A stretch of DNA of 32,715 nt from Planctomycetota bacterium (GCA_039714635.1 JBDLIY010000001.1:1-32715), one strand, 5' to 3'; positions 7,702 through 16,145 are shown, counted from the stretch's first letter. Numbers and translations are program-made. The notes: generated by a model not told the origin, from the sequence alone.

Positions 7702-8916
7702 TCAGTCTTCTCCGTCGGGGCCCGGTGCGGCGGGCAGGCGGATCGTGAGCCGCGCGCCGCCCTCGGGCCGGTTCGAAGCCTCGATCGTACCCCCGTGGGC
7801 CTGCACGATGCCAAGAGCAACGGACAGCCCGAGTCCGGTTCCCTCGCCGACCTCCTTCGTCGTATAGAAAGGCTCGAAGATGCTCTCGAGCTCCTCGACG
7901 GGCAGGCCGGGGCCCGTGTCCTCGAGGCAGACGACCGCGTTGTCCTCCTCGTCGGTGCTCGTGGTGGTCGTGAGGATGCCGCCGTCCGCCATCGCCTGGA
8001 AGGCGTTCATGGAGAGGTTCAGGAACAGCTGGTTCAGGAGGTCCGTGTCGCCGTCCACCAGCGGGATCTCTCCGAACCGGGTGACGATGTGCATCCGGGA
8101 CGAGCGGTACTGCAGCCGCGCGAGGTGGGAGACGTCCTGGACCATGGCGTTCAGGTCCACGAGGTCGCGCTGGCCGGAGGGCTGACGGGCGAAGCGCAGG
8201 AGTTGGTGAACGATCTCGCCGATGCGCTCCAGGCCGGACTTCATCAGCACCATGTAGTCCTTGTACCGCCGGGATTCCGGGTTGAGGTGGCCGATCACCT
8301 CCAGGGCGGTCAGGATCCCGCCGACGGGGTTGTTGATCTCGTGGGCCACGCCGGCGGAGAGGCGGCCGAGGGCGGCGAACTTCTCGATGTTCGCCTGGCG
8401 CTGGTTCGCCTCCCTCGACCGTTCCCGGGTCCGGCGGATGGCCTGCACCATCTCGTTGAAGTGCCGGCCGAGCTCCCCGATTTCGTCCTCCCGCTCCACC
8501 GGCACTTCGACGGAGAGGTCTCCGGCCTGGACCTCCTCCATCTTCCGGGCGAGACGCGAGACGGGGTCGAGCCACTTGCGCGCGAGCCAGCCCACGAAGA
8601 GGGCGGCGAGGCCGGCGCAGAGGACCGAGAGGCTCACGGCGACGATCGCGACCGTGTCCAGCCCGACCGTGCCCGGGCGGCAGAGAACGATGACGACGGT
8701 GGCGATGAGCAGCCCCGGCACGAGAGCCAGGAAGCCCGCGGCGAGCTGGTATTTCGTGGCGCTGCGTTTCAGATCGGACCTCCGGGCTCCGGCGGAATAT
8801 CGCGTGAACCGGGAAGATTTCCCCGGCCGCTTCCCATGCTCCGACCGGGAGGATCGTGGTCCCCGGCCGGGCCGGATTCGCCCACCGGCGCGCCCTGCCG
8901 TCCAGAGGGGCAACAT
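7702..8916 (-). CDS. sensor histidine kinase (2 TM, HAMP, HisKA, HATPase) lacking an extracytoplasmic sensor domain
   Basis: ORF 7702..8952(-). Two TM helices are separated only by CRPGTVGLDT. HAMP region (EDEIGELGRHFNEMV), H-box SAGVAHEINNPV, N-box NLSMNAFQAM, G-boxes EDTGPGL and GTGLGLS. Start uncertain: ATG 8916 or TTG 8952. The N-terminus is Arg-rich. Confidence 0.85.
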   Translation of the reverse strand: MLPLWTAGRAGGRIRPGRGPRSSRSEHGKRPGKSSRFTRYSAGARRSDLKRSATKYQLAAGFLALVPGLLIATVVIVLCRPGTVGLDTVAIVAVSLSVLCAGLAALFVGWLARKWLDPVSRLARKMEEVQAGDLSVEVPVEREDEIGELGRHFNEMVQAIRRTRERSREANQRQANIEKFAALGRLSAGVAHEINNPVGGILTALEVIGHLNPESRRYKDYMVLMKSGLERIGEIVHQLLRFARQPSGQRDLVDLNAMVQDVSHLARLQYRSSRMHIVTRFGEIPLVDGDTDLLNQLFLNLSMNAFQAMADGGILTTTTSTDEEDNAVVCLEDTGPGLPVEELESIFEPFYTTKEVGEGTGLGLSVALGIVQAHGGTIEASNRPEGGARLTIRLPAAPGPDGED

Positions 8917-9029
8917 CCGTGCCGGGGACGATCCGACGGTCCGCGGAATCAAGTGCGGAATAGTCCCGGTCCAGCTGTTGATCCGTCCCCAGCCGAGGGC
9001 GGAAACGGGGAATCAGGGCCGAGGGACGC

Positions 9030-9110
9030 AAAACTGCTCTAAATCATGAGATCCACAATGCTTAGATCCTAAATCGGACCTATCTGGTACGGAAACGTAA
9101 CATCCATGCA
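9030..9110. promoter_or_regulatory. AT-richer island with short repeats in the kinase/dsrA divergent intergenic region
   Basis: Visibly lower GC than the surroundings. CTAAATC occurs at 9039 and 9069 (30 nt apart), AGATCC at 9049 and 9064, an imperfect inverted repeat AGATCC-N6-GGACCT at 9064..9081, and CGGAAACG at about 9000 and 9090. Confidence 0.3.
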
Positions 9111-9194
9111 ACTCCTTTCCACACAAGGAGTAGAGGTGTTCCACGTCCATCCGCGGGAATCGGGGCTTCCCGGCCCCGCCTCCGAGGGGGGTAT

Positions 9195-9210
9195 TGGCTT
9201 GGTGTTTGCG
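9195..9210 (+). promoter_or_regulatory. candidate sigma54 (-24/-12) promoter upstream of dsrA
   Basis: TGGCTT-ggtgt-TTGCG matches the TGGCAC-N5-TTGCW consensus with correct GG/GC spacing. It lies about 205 nt upstream of the dsrA ATG and next to a divergent NtrC-type activator gene. Confidence 0.35.
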
Positions 9211-9413
9211 CATTTGCGCGCCGTTCGGGCGACTTATGCCGCCGCCGGACCGATCAGATCGGCTCGCCGGGCGTCTTTCAGGGTTGTGCCTGTCCGCCGA
9301 GCTTCATCTGTCTGCCGCATCTTCGGTCCGGCGTCGGACTCATCCGTAACTGGAACGGCCGGTCATTCCCACGAGGACCGGTCGCCATTCGAGGGAGCGA
9401 GGAGGATTGCGGC

Positions 9414-10616
9414 ATGGCGGAACTACCGGAAACTCCCCTTCTAGATGAACTGGAGAAGGGACCCTGGCCGAGCTTCGTGACGGAGATCAAGACCGCCGCG
9501 AAGCGGACGGAATCGGCCAAGGACCTGCTCGGCCAGCTCGAGCGGTCCTACAGAGAGCGGATCGGCCACTGGAAGCACGGCGGGATCGTCGGCGTCCTCG
9601 GGTACGGGGGCGGCGTCATCGGCCGTTACTCGGACCTCCCGGACGACTTCCCGGGGATCTCCCACTTCCACACCCTCCGCATCAACCAGCCCGCGGGCTG
9701 GTTCTACACCTCGGAGGCCCTGCGCGGTCTCTGCGACATCTGGGAAGAGCACGGGTCCGGCCTGACGAACATGCACGGCTCGACCGGTGACATCATCCTG
9801 CTCGGAACGTCCACTCCCGAGCTGGAGCCCACCTTCAAGGCGCTGACGGATCTGGGGTTCGACCTCGGCGGCTCCGGCTCCGACGTGCGGACGCCCAGCT
9901 GCTGCCTCGGTCAGGCGCGCTGCGAGTGGGCCTGCTACGACACGATGGCCCTCACGCAGGACCTGACGATGTCGTTCCAGGACGAACTCCACCGTCCGAT
10001 GTTCCCGTACAAGTTCAAGTTCAAGATGGCGGGCTGCCCGAACGACTGCGTCGCTTCGATCGCTCGCGCGGACATGAGCATCATCGGGACCTGGCGGGAC
10101 GAGATCCAGCAGGACGACGCCGAAGTGAAGAAGTACGTCGACGACGGCCTGGACATCGTCCAGGACGTCATCCTGAACTGCCCCGGCAAGTGCATGGCCT
10201 GGGATGGCGAGAAGCTCGCCATCGAAAACGGCTCCTGCCGCAAGTGCATGCACTGCATCAACGTGATGCCGAAGGCGCTGGCCCCCGGGAAGGACCGGGG
10301 CGCGACGATCCTGCTCGGCTCCAAGGCCCCGATCGTCGAGGGCGCGCTGCTCTCGTCGGTGCTGGTGCCCTTCTGGAAGCCGGAAGCCCCCTACGAGGAC
10401 CTCAAGGAACTCGTGGAGGAGATCTGGGACGTCTGGGGCGAGGAAGGCAAGAACCGTGAGCGCGTCGGTGAGTTCATCCAGCGCGTCGGCCTCGGCAACT
10501 TCCTCGACGCGATCGGGCTCGACCCGGAGCCGGAGATGGTCGCCTTCCCGCGTGAAAACCCGTACGTGTTCTACGAGATGGACGAGGACGAGGACGAGGA
10601 GGACGACGATGAGTGA
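9414..10616 (+). CDS. dsrA: dissimilatory sulfite reductase alpha subunit
   Basis: 400 aa. Siroheme/[4Fe-4S] motifs CLGQARC (Cx5C) and CPNDC (Cx3C); ferredoxin-insert cysteines NCPGKC and CRKCMHC. Typical DsrA N-terminus [28 protein letters not shown]. Unusual acidic tail [13 protein letters not shown]. Confidence 0.97.
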   Translation: MAELPETPLLDELEKGPWPSFVTEIKTAAKRTESAKDLLGQLERSYRERIGHWKHGGIVGVLGYGGGVIGRYSDLPDDFPGISHFHTLRINQPAGWFYTSEALRGLCDIWEEHGSGLTNMHGSTGDIILLGTSTPELEPTFKALTDLGFDLGGSGSDVRTPSCCLGQARCEWACYDTMALTQDLTMSFQDELHRPMFPYKFKFKMAGCPNDCVASIARADMSIIGTWRDEIQQDDAEVKKYVDDGLDIVQDVILNCPGKCMAWDGEKLAIENGSCRKCMHCINVMPKALAPGKDRGATILLGSKAPIVEGALLSSVLVPFWKPEAPYEDLKELVEEIWDVWGEEGKNRERVGEFIQRVGLGNFLDAIGLDPEPEMVAFPRENPYVFYEMDEDEDEEDDDE

Positions 10617-11691
10617 TGCCGCCAAGAGGGTCACGGACATCGGCCCCCCGCATTACGACAAGTTCCTGCCTCCGGTCATCAAGGCCAACTACGGCAAGTG
10701 GAAGTACCACGAGATCCTGCGGCCGGGCGTGATGGTTCACGTCGGCGAGTCGGGCGACGAGATCTTCACCGTTCGCGGTGGCTCGCCCCGCCTCCTCTCG
10801 ATCGATCGCATCCGGGAATACGCGGACCTGGCCGACAAGTACTGCGACGGCCACCTGCGCTTCACGAGCCGCCACAACGTCGAGTTCCTCCTGTCGGACA
10901 AGGAGAAGATCGACCCGCTCATCGCGGACATGGACGCGGCGAAGATCCCGGTCGGCGGCATGGGCGCCTCGATCACCAGCATCGTTCACACGCAGGGCTG
11001 GGTGCACTGTCACTCGGCGGCGACGGACGCGTCCGGCATCGTCAAGGCGGTCATGGACGGCGTTCACCCGTACTTCACCGGTGAGAAGAAGGTCCCCGGG
11101 AAGCTGCGCATCGCCCTCGCCTGCTGCCTGAACATGTGCGGTGCCGTCCACTGCTCGGACATCGCGATCCTCGGCATCCACCGCAAGGCGCCGGTGACCG
11201 ACCACACCACGCTGAACAAGGTGTGCGAGATTCCGAACGTCGTGGCGTCCTGCCCGACGGCGGCCATCCGCCCCCAGAACATCGAGGGCAACCCGTCCGT
11301 CGAGGTGATCGAGGAGCAGTGCATGTTCTGTGCGAACTGCTTCACGGTCTGCCCGTCGATGACCCTGAACGACCCCGTCAACGACGGCGTCTCGATCTGG
11401 GTCGGCGGCAAGGTCAGCAACGCCCGCTCCGAGCCGATGTTCTCGAAGCTGGCCATTCCCTACATCCCGAACAATCCGCCGCGGTGGCCGGAAGTGACCG
11501 ATGCCGTTCTGAAGCTCGTCGAGCTGTGGGCCGACAACGCCAAGCCCTACGAGCGGATGGGCGAGTGGATCGACCGGATCACCTGGCCGAAGTTCTTCCG
11601 GATGGCCGGGATCGATTTCCAGAAGGAGCACATCGACGACTTCAAGCACGCCGGGCTGACCTTCAAGCGGTCGACCCAGATCGTGCACTGA
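10609..11691 (+). CDS. dsrB: dissimilatory sulfite reductase beta subunit
   Basis: Start at ATG 10609 inside ORF 10456..11691, overlapping dsrA by 8 nt. [76 protein letters not shown]. Confidence 0.97.
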   Translation: MSDAAKRVTDIGPPHYDKFLPPVIKANYGKWKYHEILRPGVMVHVGESGDEIFTVRGGSPRLLSIDRIREYADLADKYCDGHLRFTSRHNVEFLLSDKEKIDPLIADMDAAKIPVGGMGASITSIVHTQGWVHCHSAATDASGIVKAVMDGVHPYFTGEKKVPGKLRIALACCLNMCGAVHCSDIAILGIHRKAPVTDHTTLNKVCEIPNVVASCPTAAIRPQNIEGNPSVEVIEEQCMFCANCFTVCPSMTLNDPVNDGVSIWVGGKVSNARSEPMFSKLAIPYIPNNPPRWPEVTDAVLKLVELWADNAKPYERMGEWIDRITWPKFFRMAGIDFQKEHIDDFKHAGLTFKRSTQIVH

Positions 11692-11724
11692 GTCGAACTC
11701 ACCGGAGAAGGACAGGAGGCGGAA

Positions 11725-11973
11725 ATGTCTGACATGGTCAGTATCGACGAGATCGCCGACAAGATGTTCGAGCAGGTCAAGGCGGCCGCGGGCCAGAAGA
11801 AGCTGAAGCCCGGCGACCTGACCAAGATGATGATCGAGCTCTTCGGCGACCGGGTGGACAAGAAGCTCTGCAAGAAGGCCATCCGCCAGTTGATCGAGAC
11901 CGAACGCTGTGTCTACACATACTTCGGCGGCTCGTACATCGAGCTGCCGCACAAGGAAGGCGCAGAGAACTAG
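11725..11973 (+). CDS. dsrD: DsrD-like small winged-helix protein
   Basis: 82 aa directly after dsrB with an AGGAGG RBS. Lys-rich helix (KKLKPGDLTKMM, KKLCKKAIRQLIE) followed by YTYFGGSYIEL, resembling the DsrD Y..GS motif. The position after dsrAB is canonical. Confidence 0.8.
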   Translation: MSDMVSIDEIADKMFEQVKAAAGQKKLKPGDLTKMMIELFGDRVDKKLCKKAIRQLIETERCVYTYFGGSYIELPHKEGAEN

Positions 11974-11989
11974 GTCTCTCGATCGCTCG

Positions 11990-13408
11990 ATGACCGCCGC
12001 ACCTCCGAGACTCGTGGTAGCGGGTGCCGGGGGGGACTCGGGTAAGACCCTGGTCTCCCTCGGCCTCGCGAGCGCATGGCGGCAGGCCGGATTCGCCGTC
12101 TCCGCGTTCAAGAAGGGGCCCGACTACATCGACGCCGCGTGGCTTTCCCGCGCGGCGGAACGCCCCGCCCGCAACCTCGACACCTGGCTCATGGGTGAGC
12201 CGGGGGTGCTCCATTCCTTCGCCGTTCACTCCGCAGATACCGACGTCGCCGTGGTGGAGGGAAACCGGGGACTGCTCGACGGGCTCGACGGTACGAGTAC
12301 CGCGGCCCTGGCGACCACCCTCGGCGCCCCCGTCCTCCTCGTGCTCGACGTCACCAAGGTCACCCGGACCGCGGCCGCCTTCGTGGCCGGCTGCCGGGCC
12401 CTCGCGCCCGAGGTCCACATCGCCGGGGTCGTCGCCAATCGCCGGGCCGGGTCTCGACATGAATCCGAGGTCCGCCGTGCGATCGAAGGAGAGACGGGCG
12501 TCCCCGTGCTGGGTGCGATCCCGAAGCTATCGGACTCTCACCTGCTTCCCGACCGTCACCTCGGCCTCGTGCCGCCGGAGGAACACGACCGCATGGTCGA
12601 CGTCGTCCGACGGCTCGGCGGGGTGATGGCGGAGCACGTGGATCTGGACGCCCTTCTCGAAACCGCCCGTTCGGCCGGACCGCTCGAGTCGGTCCCGGAG
12701 CCGGACGGCGTGGACGCAACGGGTGCAGGCCTCCGGGTCGCGGTCTTCCGCGATTCCGCCTTCACCTTCTACTACCCGGAAAACCTGGAGGCGCTCGAGG
12801 CCGCCGGCGCGGAAGTCGTTCCCGTGTCCGCGCTCGACGATCCTCTCCTTCCCGAGGTCGACCTCCTCTACATCGGAGGGGGCTTCCCGGAGACTCACGC
12901 CGCCGCTCTGGCCGGAAACCGGTCCCTGATCGATTCCGTCGAGGGCGCCGTCCGGGACGGCCTTCCCGTCTACGCCGAGTGCGGAGGGCTGATCTGGCTC
13001 TCCCGTTCGGTGACCTGGCGGGGCCGGACCGCGGAGATGGCCGGTGTCCTCGGCGTGGACATCGAGGTCATGGAGAGGCCCCAGGGGCATGGCTACGCCG
13101 AGATGGCCGTCGACGAGGCCAACCCGTTCTTCGCTCCCGGCACGATCCTCAGGGGTCACGAGTTCCACTACTCCCGCCTGACGGGCGCGCCCGTCGACAC
13201 GCGGACGGTGATGGAGGTCCGCCGGGGGAAGGGGAGCCGGGACGGCCGGGACGGCCTGGTCGCGAACAACGTCTTCGCGTCGTGGAATCACCTGCACGCG
13301 ACCGCGACTCCCGAATGGGCGCCGGCCCTCATGGCGGCGGCCCGGGCCCGTCGCGGACGAAGTGGGGAAAGTCAGGAACGCGCAACCTGTGGAGGACGAA
13401 GCCGATGA
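11990..13408 (+). CDS. dsrN: cobyrinic acid a,c-diamide synthase family protein; siroheme amidase DsrN
   Basis: Start at ATG 11990 inside ORF 11909..13408. GGDSGKT ATP-binding loop and YAECGGLIWL glutamine-amidotransferase Cys. The dsr context gives the DsrN call. Confidence 0.85.
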   Translation: MTAAPPRLVVAGAGGDSGKTLVSLGLASAWRQAGFAVSAFKKGPDYIDAAWLSRAAERPARNLDTWLMGEPGVLHSFAVHSADTDVAVVEGNRGLLDGLDGTSTAALATTLGAPVLLVLDVTKVTRTAAAFVAGCRALAPEVHIAGVVANRRAGSRHESEVRRAIEGETGVPVLGAIPKLSDSHLLPDRHLGLVPPEEHDRMVDVVRRLGGVMAEHVDLDALLETARSAGPLESVPEPDGVDATGAGLRVAVFRDSAFTFYYPENLEALEAAGAEVVPVSALDDPLLPEVDLLYIGGGFPETHAAALAGNRSLIDSVEGAVRDGLPVYAECGGLIWLSRSVTWRGRTAEMAGVLGVDIEVMERPQGHGYAEMAVDEANPFFAPGTILRGHEFHYSRLTGAPVDTRTVMEVRRGKGSRDGRDGLVANNVFASWNHLHATATPEWAPALMAAARARRGRSGESQERATCGGRSR

Positions 13409-13854
13409 GCCCGAAGGAGAAGAAGTCCCAGAAGGAGCAGCAGGAGGAGCTCGTCGCTCTCCTCAAGAAGTGGCAGAAGCTCGAGGAGTCCGGCATCGCC
13501 CTGCTGAAGAGCCTCCAGGACCAGACGGACAATCCGGTCCTGCTGGAAGTCCTCGAGATCATCAAGCAGGACTCGGGGCAGCACCGTCGCGTCCAGCAGC
13601 TCATCCTCGATGGCCTCACGAAGGAGGCCTTCACCGTGACCCCGGAAGAGGTCGCGGCGATCTGGGACAAGGTCGAGGAGCACGACGAGCTGGAGAAGGA
13701 CGCGATCAGCATGGCCCACGAGGCCCGCAGGAACTCGAACCAGCTGTTCGTCCGTTTCTTCCTCGGCTACCTGCTGGCCGACGAGGAGAAGCACCACCGC
13801 ATGCTCGAGAACCTGGAGGACGTGAAGCGTGGGCTGTATCCATATGCGGGCTGA
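13405..13854 (+). CDS. hypothetical all-helical protein, possibly degenerate ferritin/rubrerythrin-like four-helix bundle
   Basis: 149 aa from ATG 13405 (ATGA overlap with the dsrN stop, GGAGGA RBS at 13391). Internally duplicated helical halves (EIIKQDSGQHRRVQQL vs LLADEEKHHRMLENL). Only the second half has a clean ExxH. Family not recognised with certainty. Confidence 0.6.
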   Translation: MSPKEKKSQKEQQEELVALLKKWQKLEESGIALLKSLQDQTDNPVLLEVLEIIKQDSGQHRRVQQLILDGLTKEAFTVTPEEVAAIWDKVEEHDELEKDAISMAHEARRNSNQLFVRFFLGYLLADEEKHHRMLENLEDVKRGLYPYAG

Positions 13855-13949
13855 GCCCTCTGGCCCTGCGGGCCCGGGCACCGGCCTGTGGGAGCTTGTT
13901 CCATGCGGGCTGGGCCCTCTGGCCCTGCGGGCCCGGGCACCGGCCTGTG
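13844..13949 (+). repeat. two copies of a 47-nt GC-rich element (period 59 nt, 1 mismatch)
   Basis: ATGCGGGCTG(A/G)GCCCTCTGGCCCTGCGGGCCCGGGCACCGGCCTGTG at 13844..13890 and 13903..13949. Copy 1 contains the stop codon of the preceding CDS. Each copy holds mini-hairpins GGCCC-tgc-GGGCC and CCGG-gca-CCGG. Confidence 0.9.
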
Positions 13950-13982
13950 AAAGTCTGATCTAGAACTGGAAAGCGAGGTTCC

Positions 13983-15695
13983 ATGGCGATCAAGCGCTCG
14001 GGAAAGAAGAAGAAGAAGAAGCTCGGAAGTCTGAGGAGCTCGTCCAGCGGGTCCAGCACCGTGCAGTCGGATCGCCGGCCGAAGTGGGTGGCGAAGACGC
14101 CGCCCTGCCAGCTGAACTGCCCGCAGGGCACCGACATCCGGGGCATCCTCCGGACGATCGCCGACGGGGAGAAGCACGAGAAGCCGCGCGACGAGACGTT
14201 CCTGACCGCCTTCACGATGCTCACGAAGAACAACCCGTTCCCCTCCGTCTGCGGCCGCGTCTGCCCGCACCCGTGCGAGACCGGATGCAACCGCAACGAG
14301 TTGGACGAGGCGGCGAGCATCAACGCGATGGAGCGCTTCATCGGCGACTGGGGTCTCGAGAAGGAGCTGGCCCTGCCCGCGGGCGAGATGGAGCACGCCG
14401 ACAAGCCGATCGCCGTGATCGGCGCCGGCCCCGCCGGGCTGTCCGCGGCCTTCCACCTGCGGAAGCACGGCTACCCGGTCACCGTGTTCGAGGCCTTCCC
14501 GAAGGCCGGCGGGATGCTGCGCTACGGCATCCCGGCGTACCGGCTGCCCCGGGACGTCCTCGACGCGGAGATCCAGCGGATCGTCGACATGGGCGTCACA
14601 CTGAAGTGCGACGTCTCGATCGGCCGCGACATCCCCCTGGAGGAGATCCGGCAGCAGTACGCCGCGGTCTTCGTCGGGATCGGCGCCCACCAGGGCCGCC
14701 TCCTGCGCTGCCCGGGCGAGGACGCCGAGAACGTCTGGACCGGCACCTCGTTCCTGAACGAGGCGAACCAGGGCAAGACGATCGACGTCGGGAAGAACGT
14801 CGTGGTGATCGGCGGTGGCGACACGGCCATCGACGCGGCCCGGATGGCGCGTCGCATGGGTTCCGACGCCATGATCCTGTACCGCCGGACCCGCGAAGAG
14901 ATGCCGGCCATCCAGGAAGAGATCGACGGGGCGGAGAAGGAGGGCGTGGACATCCGCCTCCTCGCCGCGCCGCTCGAGATCAACGTGGAGAACGGCCGGG
15001 CCGTCTCGATGCGCTGCCAGGTGATGGAACTCGGCGAGCCGGATGACTCCGGCCGTCGCCGTCCCGTCCCGATCGAGGGCGAGGAGTTCACCATCCCGGT
15101 GGACACCATCGTCGCCGCGATCAGCCAGGAGCCGGACTTCACCGGCCTCGAGGACCTGCGCGAGACGCCGAAGGACTGGATCAAGGCCGACGAGTACGGC
15201 GCCACGCAGGTCGACGGCGTCTACTCCGGCGGTGACAACCTCAACCTCGCGCTCGTCACGACCGCCATCTTCCAGGGGCGCGTCGCGGCGGAGACGATCG
15301 ACTACGGCATCCGCGGTATCGAGCGTCCGGCCGAGGAGACGAAGCCCGAGATCAAGGCCGACAAGATGGTCCTCACCTTCTACGAGAAGAAGCTGAGGGA
15401 GCACGGGGAGGAGATGGCCGCCGAGGCGGCCCTCGCCGATCCGGACGCGGAAATCCAGTCCGGACTGACGGAGGAGCAGGCGGTGGAGGAAGCCGCCCGC
15501 TGCCTCTCCTGCGGGGAGTGCTTCGACTGCGGCACGTGCTGGAGCTTCTGCCAGGACAACGCCATCGTCAAGCCGCTGATCGTGGGCGACCCCTACAAGT
15601 TCAAGCTGGAGTTCTGCAAGGGCTGCGACAAGTGCGCGGAGCAGTGTCCGTGCGGCTACATCGAAATGTACGACCCCATGACCAGCTCCGCGTAG
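13983..15695 (+). CDS. dsrL: DsrL-type NAD(P)H oxidoreductase (GltD-like, two dinucleotide folds, C-terminal 2x[4Fe-4S] ferredoxin domain)
   Basis: 570 aa. N-terminal Cys clusters CQLNCPQG and CGRVCPHPCETGC. VIGAGPAGLSAA and VVVIGGGDTAIDAA. C-terminal CLSCGECFDCGTCWSFC and CKGCDKCAEQCPCG. Located between dsrN and dsrC. Confidence 0.85.
   Translation: MAIKRSGKKKKKKLGSLRSSSSGSSTVQSDRRPKWVAKTPPCQLNCPQGTDIRGILRTIADGEKHEKPRDETFLTAFTMLTKNNPFPSVCGRVCPHPCETGCNRNELDEAASINAMERFIGDWGLEKELALPAGEMEHADKPIAVIGAGPAGLSAAFHLRKHGYPVTVFEAFPKAGGMLRYGIPAYRLPRDVLDAEIQRIVDMGVTLKCDVSIGRDIPLEEIRQQYAAVFVGIGAHQGRLLRCPGEDAENVWTGTSFLNEANQGKTIDVGKNVVVIGGGDTAIDAARMARRMGSDAMILYRRTREEMPAIQEEIDGAEKEGVDIRLLAAPLEINVENGRAVSMRCQVMELGEPDDSGRRRPVPIEGEEFTIPVDTIVAAISQEPDFTGLEDLRETPKDWIKADEYGATQVDGVYSGGDNLNLALVTTAIFQGRVAAETIDYGIRGIERPAEETKPEIKADKMVLTFYEKKLREHGEEMAAEAALADPDAEIQSGLTEEQAVEEAARCLSCGECFDCGTCWSFCQDNAIVKPLIVGDPYKFKLEFCKGCDKCAEQCPCGYIEMYDPMTSSA
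14004..14021 (+). repeat. (AAG)6 trinucleotide repeat encoding Lys6 in the DsrL N-terminus
   Basis: gga aag aag aag aag aag aag ctc read directly; in frame with ATG 13983. Confidence 0.95.
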
Positions 15696-15776
15696 GAGTG
15701 GGCCGGGGCCCTGAGAGAAGGAACCGGGTCTTGTCCTTATCGAAAGACAAAGGGACGAAGGATCCAGGAGGAAACG

Positions 15777-16100
15777 ATGAGTGATTTCGTCAAGGTCATC
15801 GATGGTGTCGAGTGCACGCTGGACGAGGATGGCTTCCTGCAGGAGCCGGATCTCTGGTCGGAGCGGGTCGCCGAGGAGTTCGCGAAGGACGAGGGCGTCG
15901 AGGCTCTCACCGACGACCACTGGAAGGTGATCAACTACCTTCGGGAGTACTACCTGAAGAACAAGATCGCGCCGATGGTCCGCCGCCTCTGCAAGGAGAC
16001 CGGCTTCAACGTCAAGCAGATCTACGAGCTGTTCCCCAGCGGCCCCGCGAAGGGCGCCTGCAAGCTCGCCGGCCTGCCGAAGCCGACCGGCTGCGTCTAG
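15777..16100 (+). CDS. dsrC: DsrC, sulfur-carrier/trisulfide substrate protein of DsrAB
   Basis: 107 aa. C-terminal arm CKLAGLPKPTGCV has both conserved cysteines (penultimate Cys and a Cys 11 residues upstream). HWKVINYLREYY core. AGGAGG RBS. Confidence 0.95.
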   Translation: MSDFVKVIDGVECTLDEDGFLQEPDLWSERVAEEFAKDEGVEALTDDHWKVINYLREYYLKNKIAPMVRRLCKETGFNVKQIYELFPSGPAKGACKLAGLPKPTGCV

Positions 16101-16117
16101 CACGGAGATCCGGGTGA

Positions 16118-16145
16118 GGGAGCGCCCGTTCGCGCGGGCGCTCCC
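16118..16145 (+). terminator. GC-rich hairpin after dsrC (11-bp perfect stem, 6-nt loop)
   Basis: GGGAGCGCCCG-ttcgcg-CGGGCGCTCCC, 18 nt after the dsrC stop. No U-tract, so it may attenuate or stabilise rather than fully terminate. Confidence 0.5.

Noticed and set aside
9106-9444. 112-aa ORF inside the dsrA upstream region
   Set aside because: It has no RBS, runs into the dsrA start, and has an Arg/Ala/Ser-rich unconvincing product. The region is better explained as promoter plus 5' UTR.
10474-12111. 545-aa ORF antisense to dsrB/dsrD
   Set aside because: Same reasoning: it lies opposite dsrB, which has canonical siroheme/Fe-S motifs.
13844-13949. Possible CRISPR array
   Set aside because: There are only two repeat copies separated by 12 nt, no spacer architecture and no cas genes. 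It is treated as a tandem duplication or structured element instead.
13767-16103. 778-aa ORF antisense to dsrL and dsrC
   Set aside because: It lies opposite two confidently identified genes and has no motifs. It is a high-GC shadow ORF.
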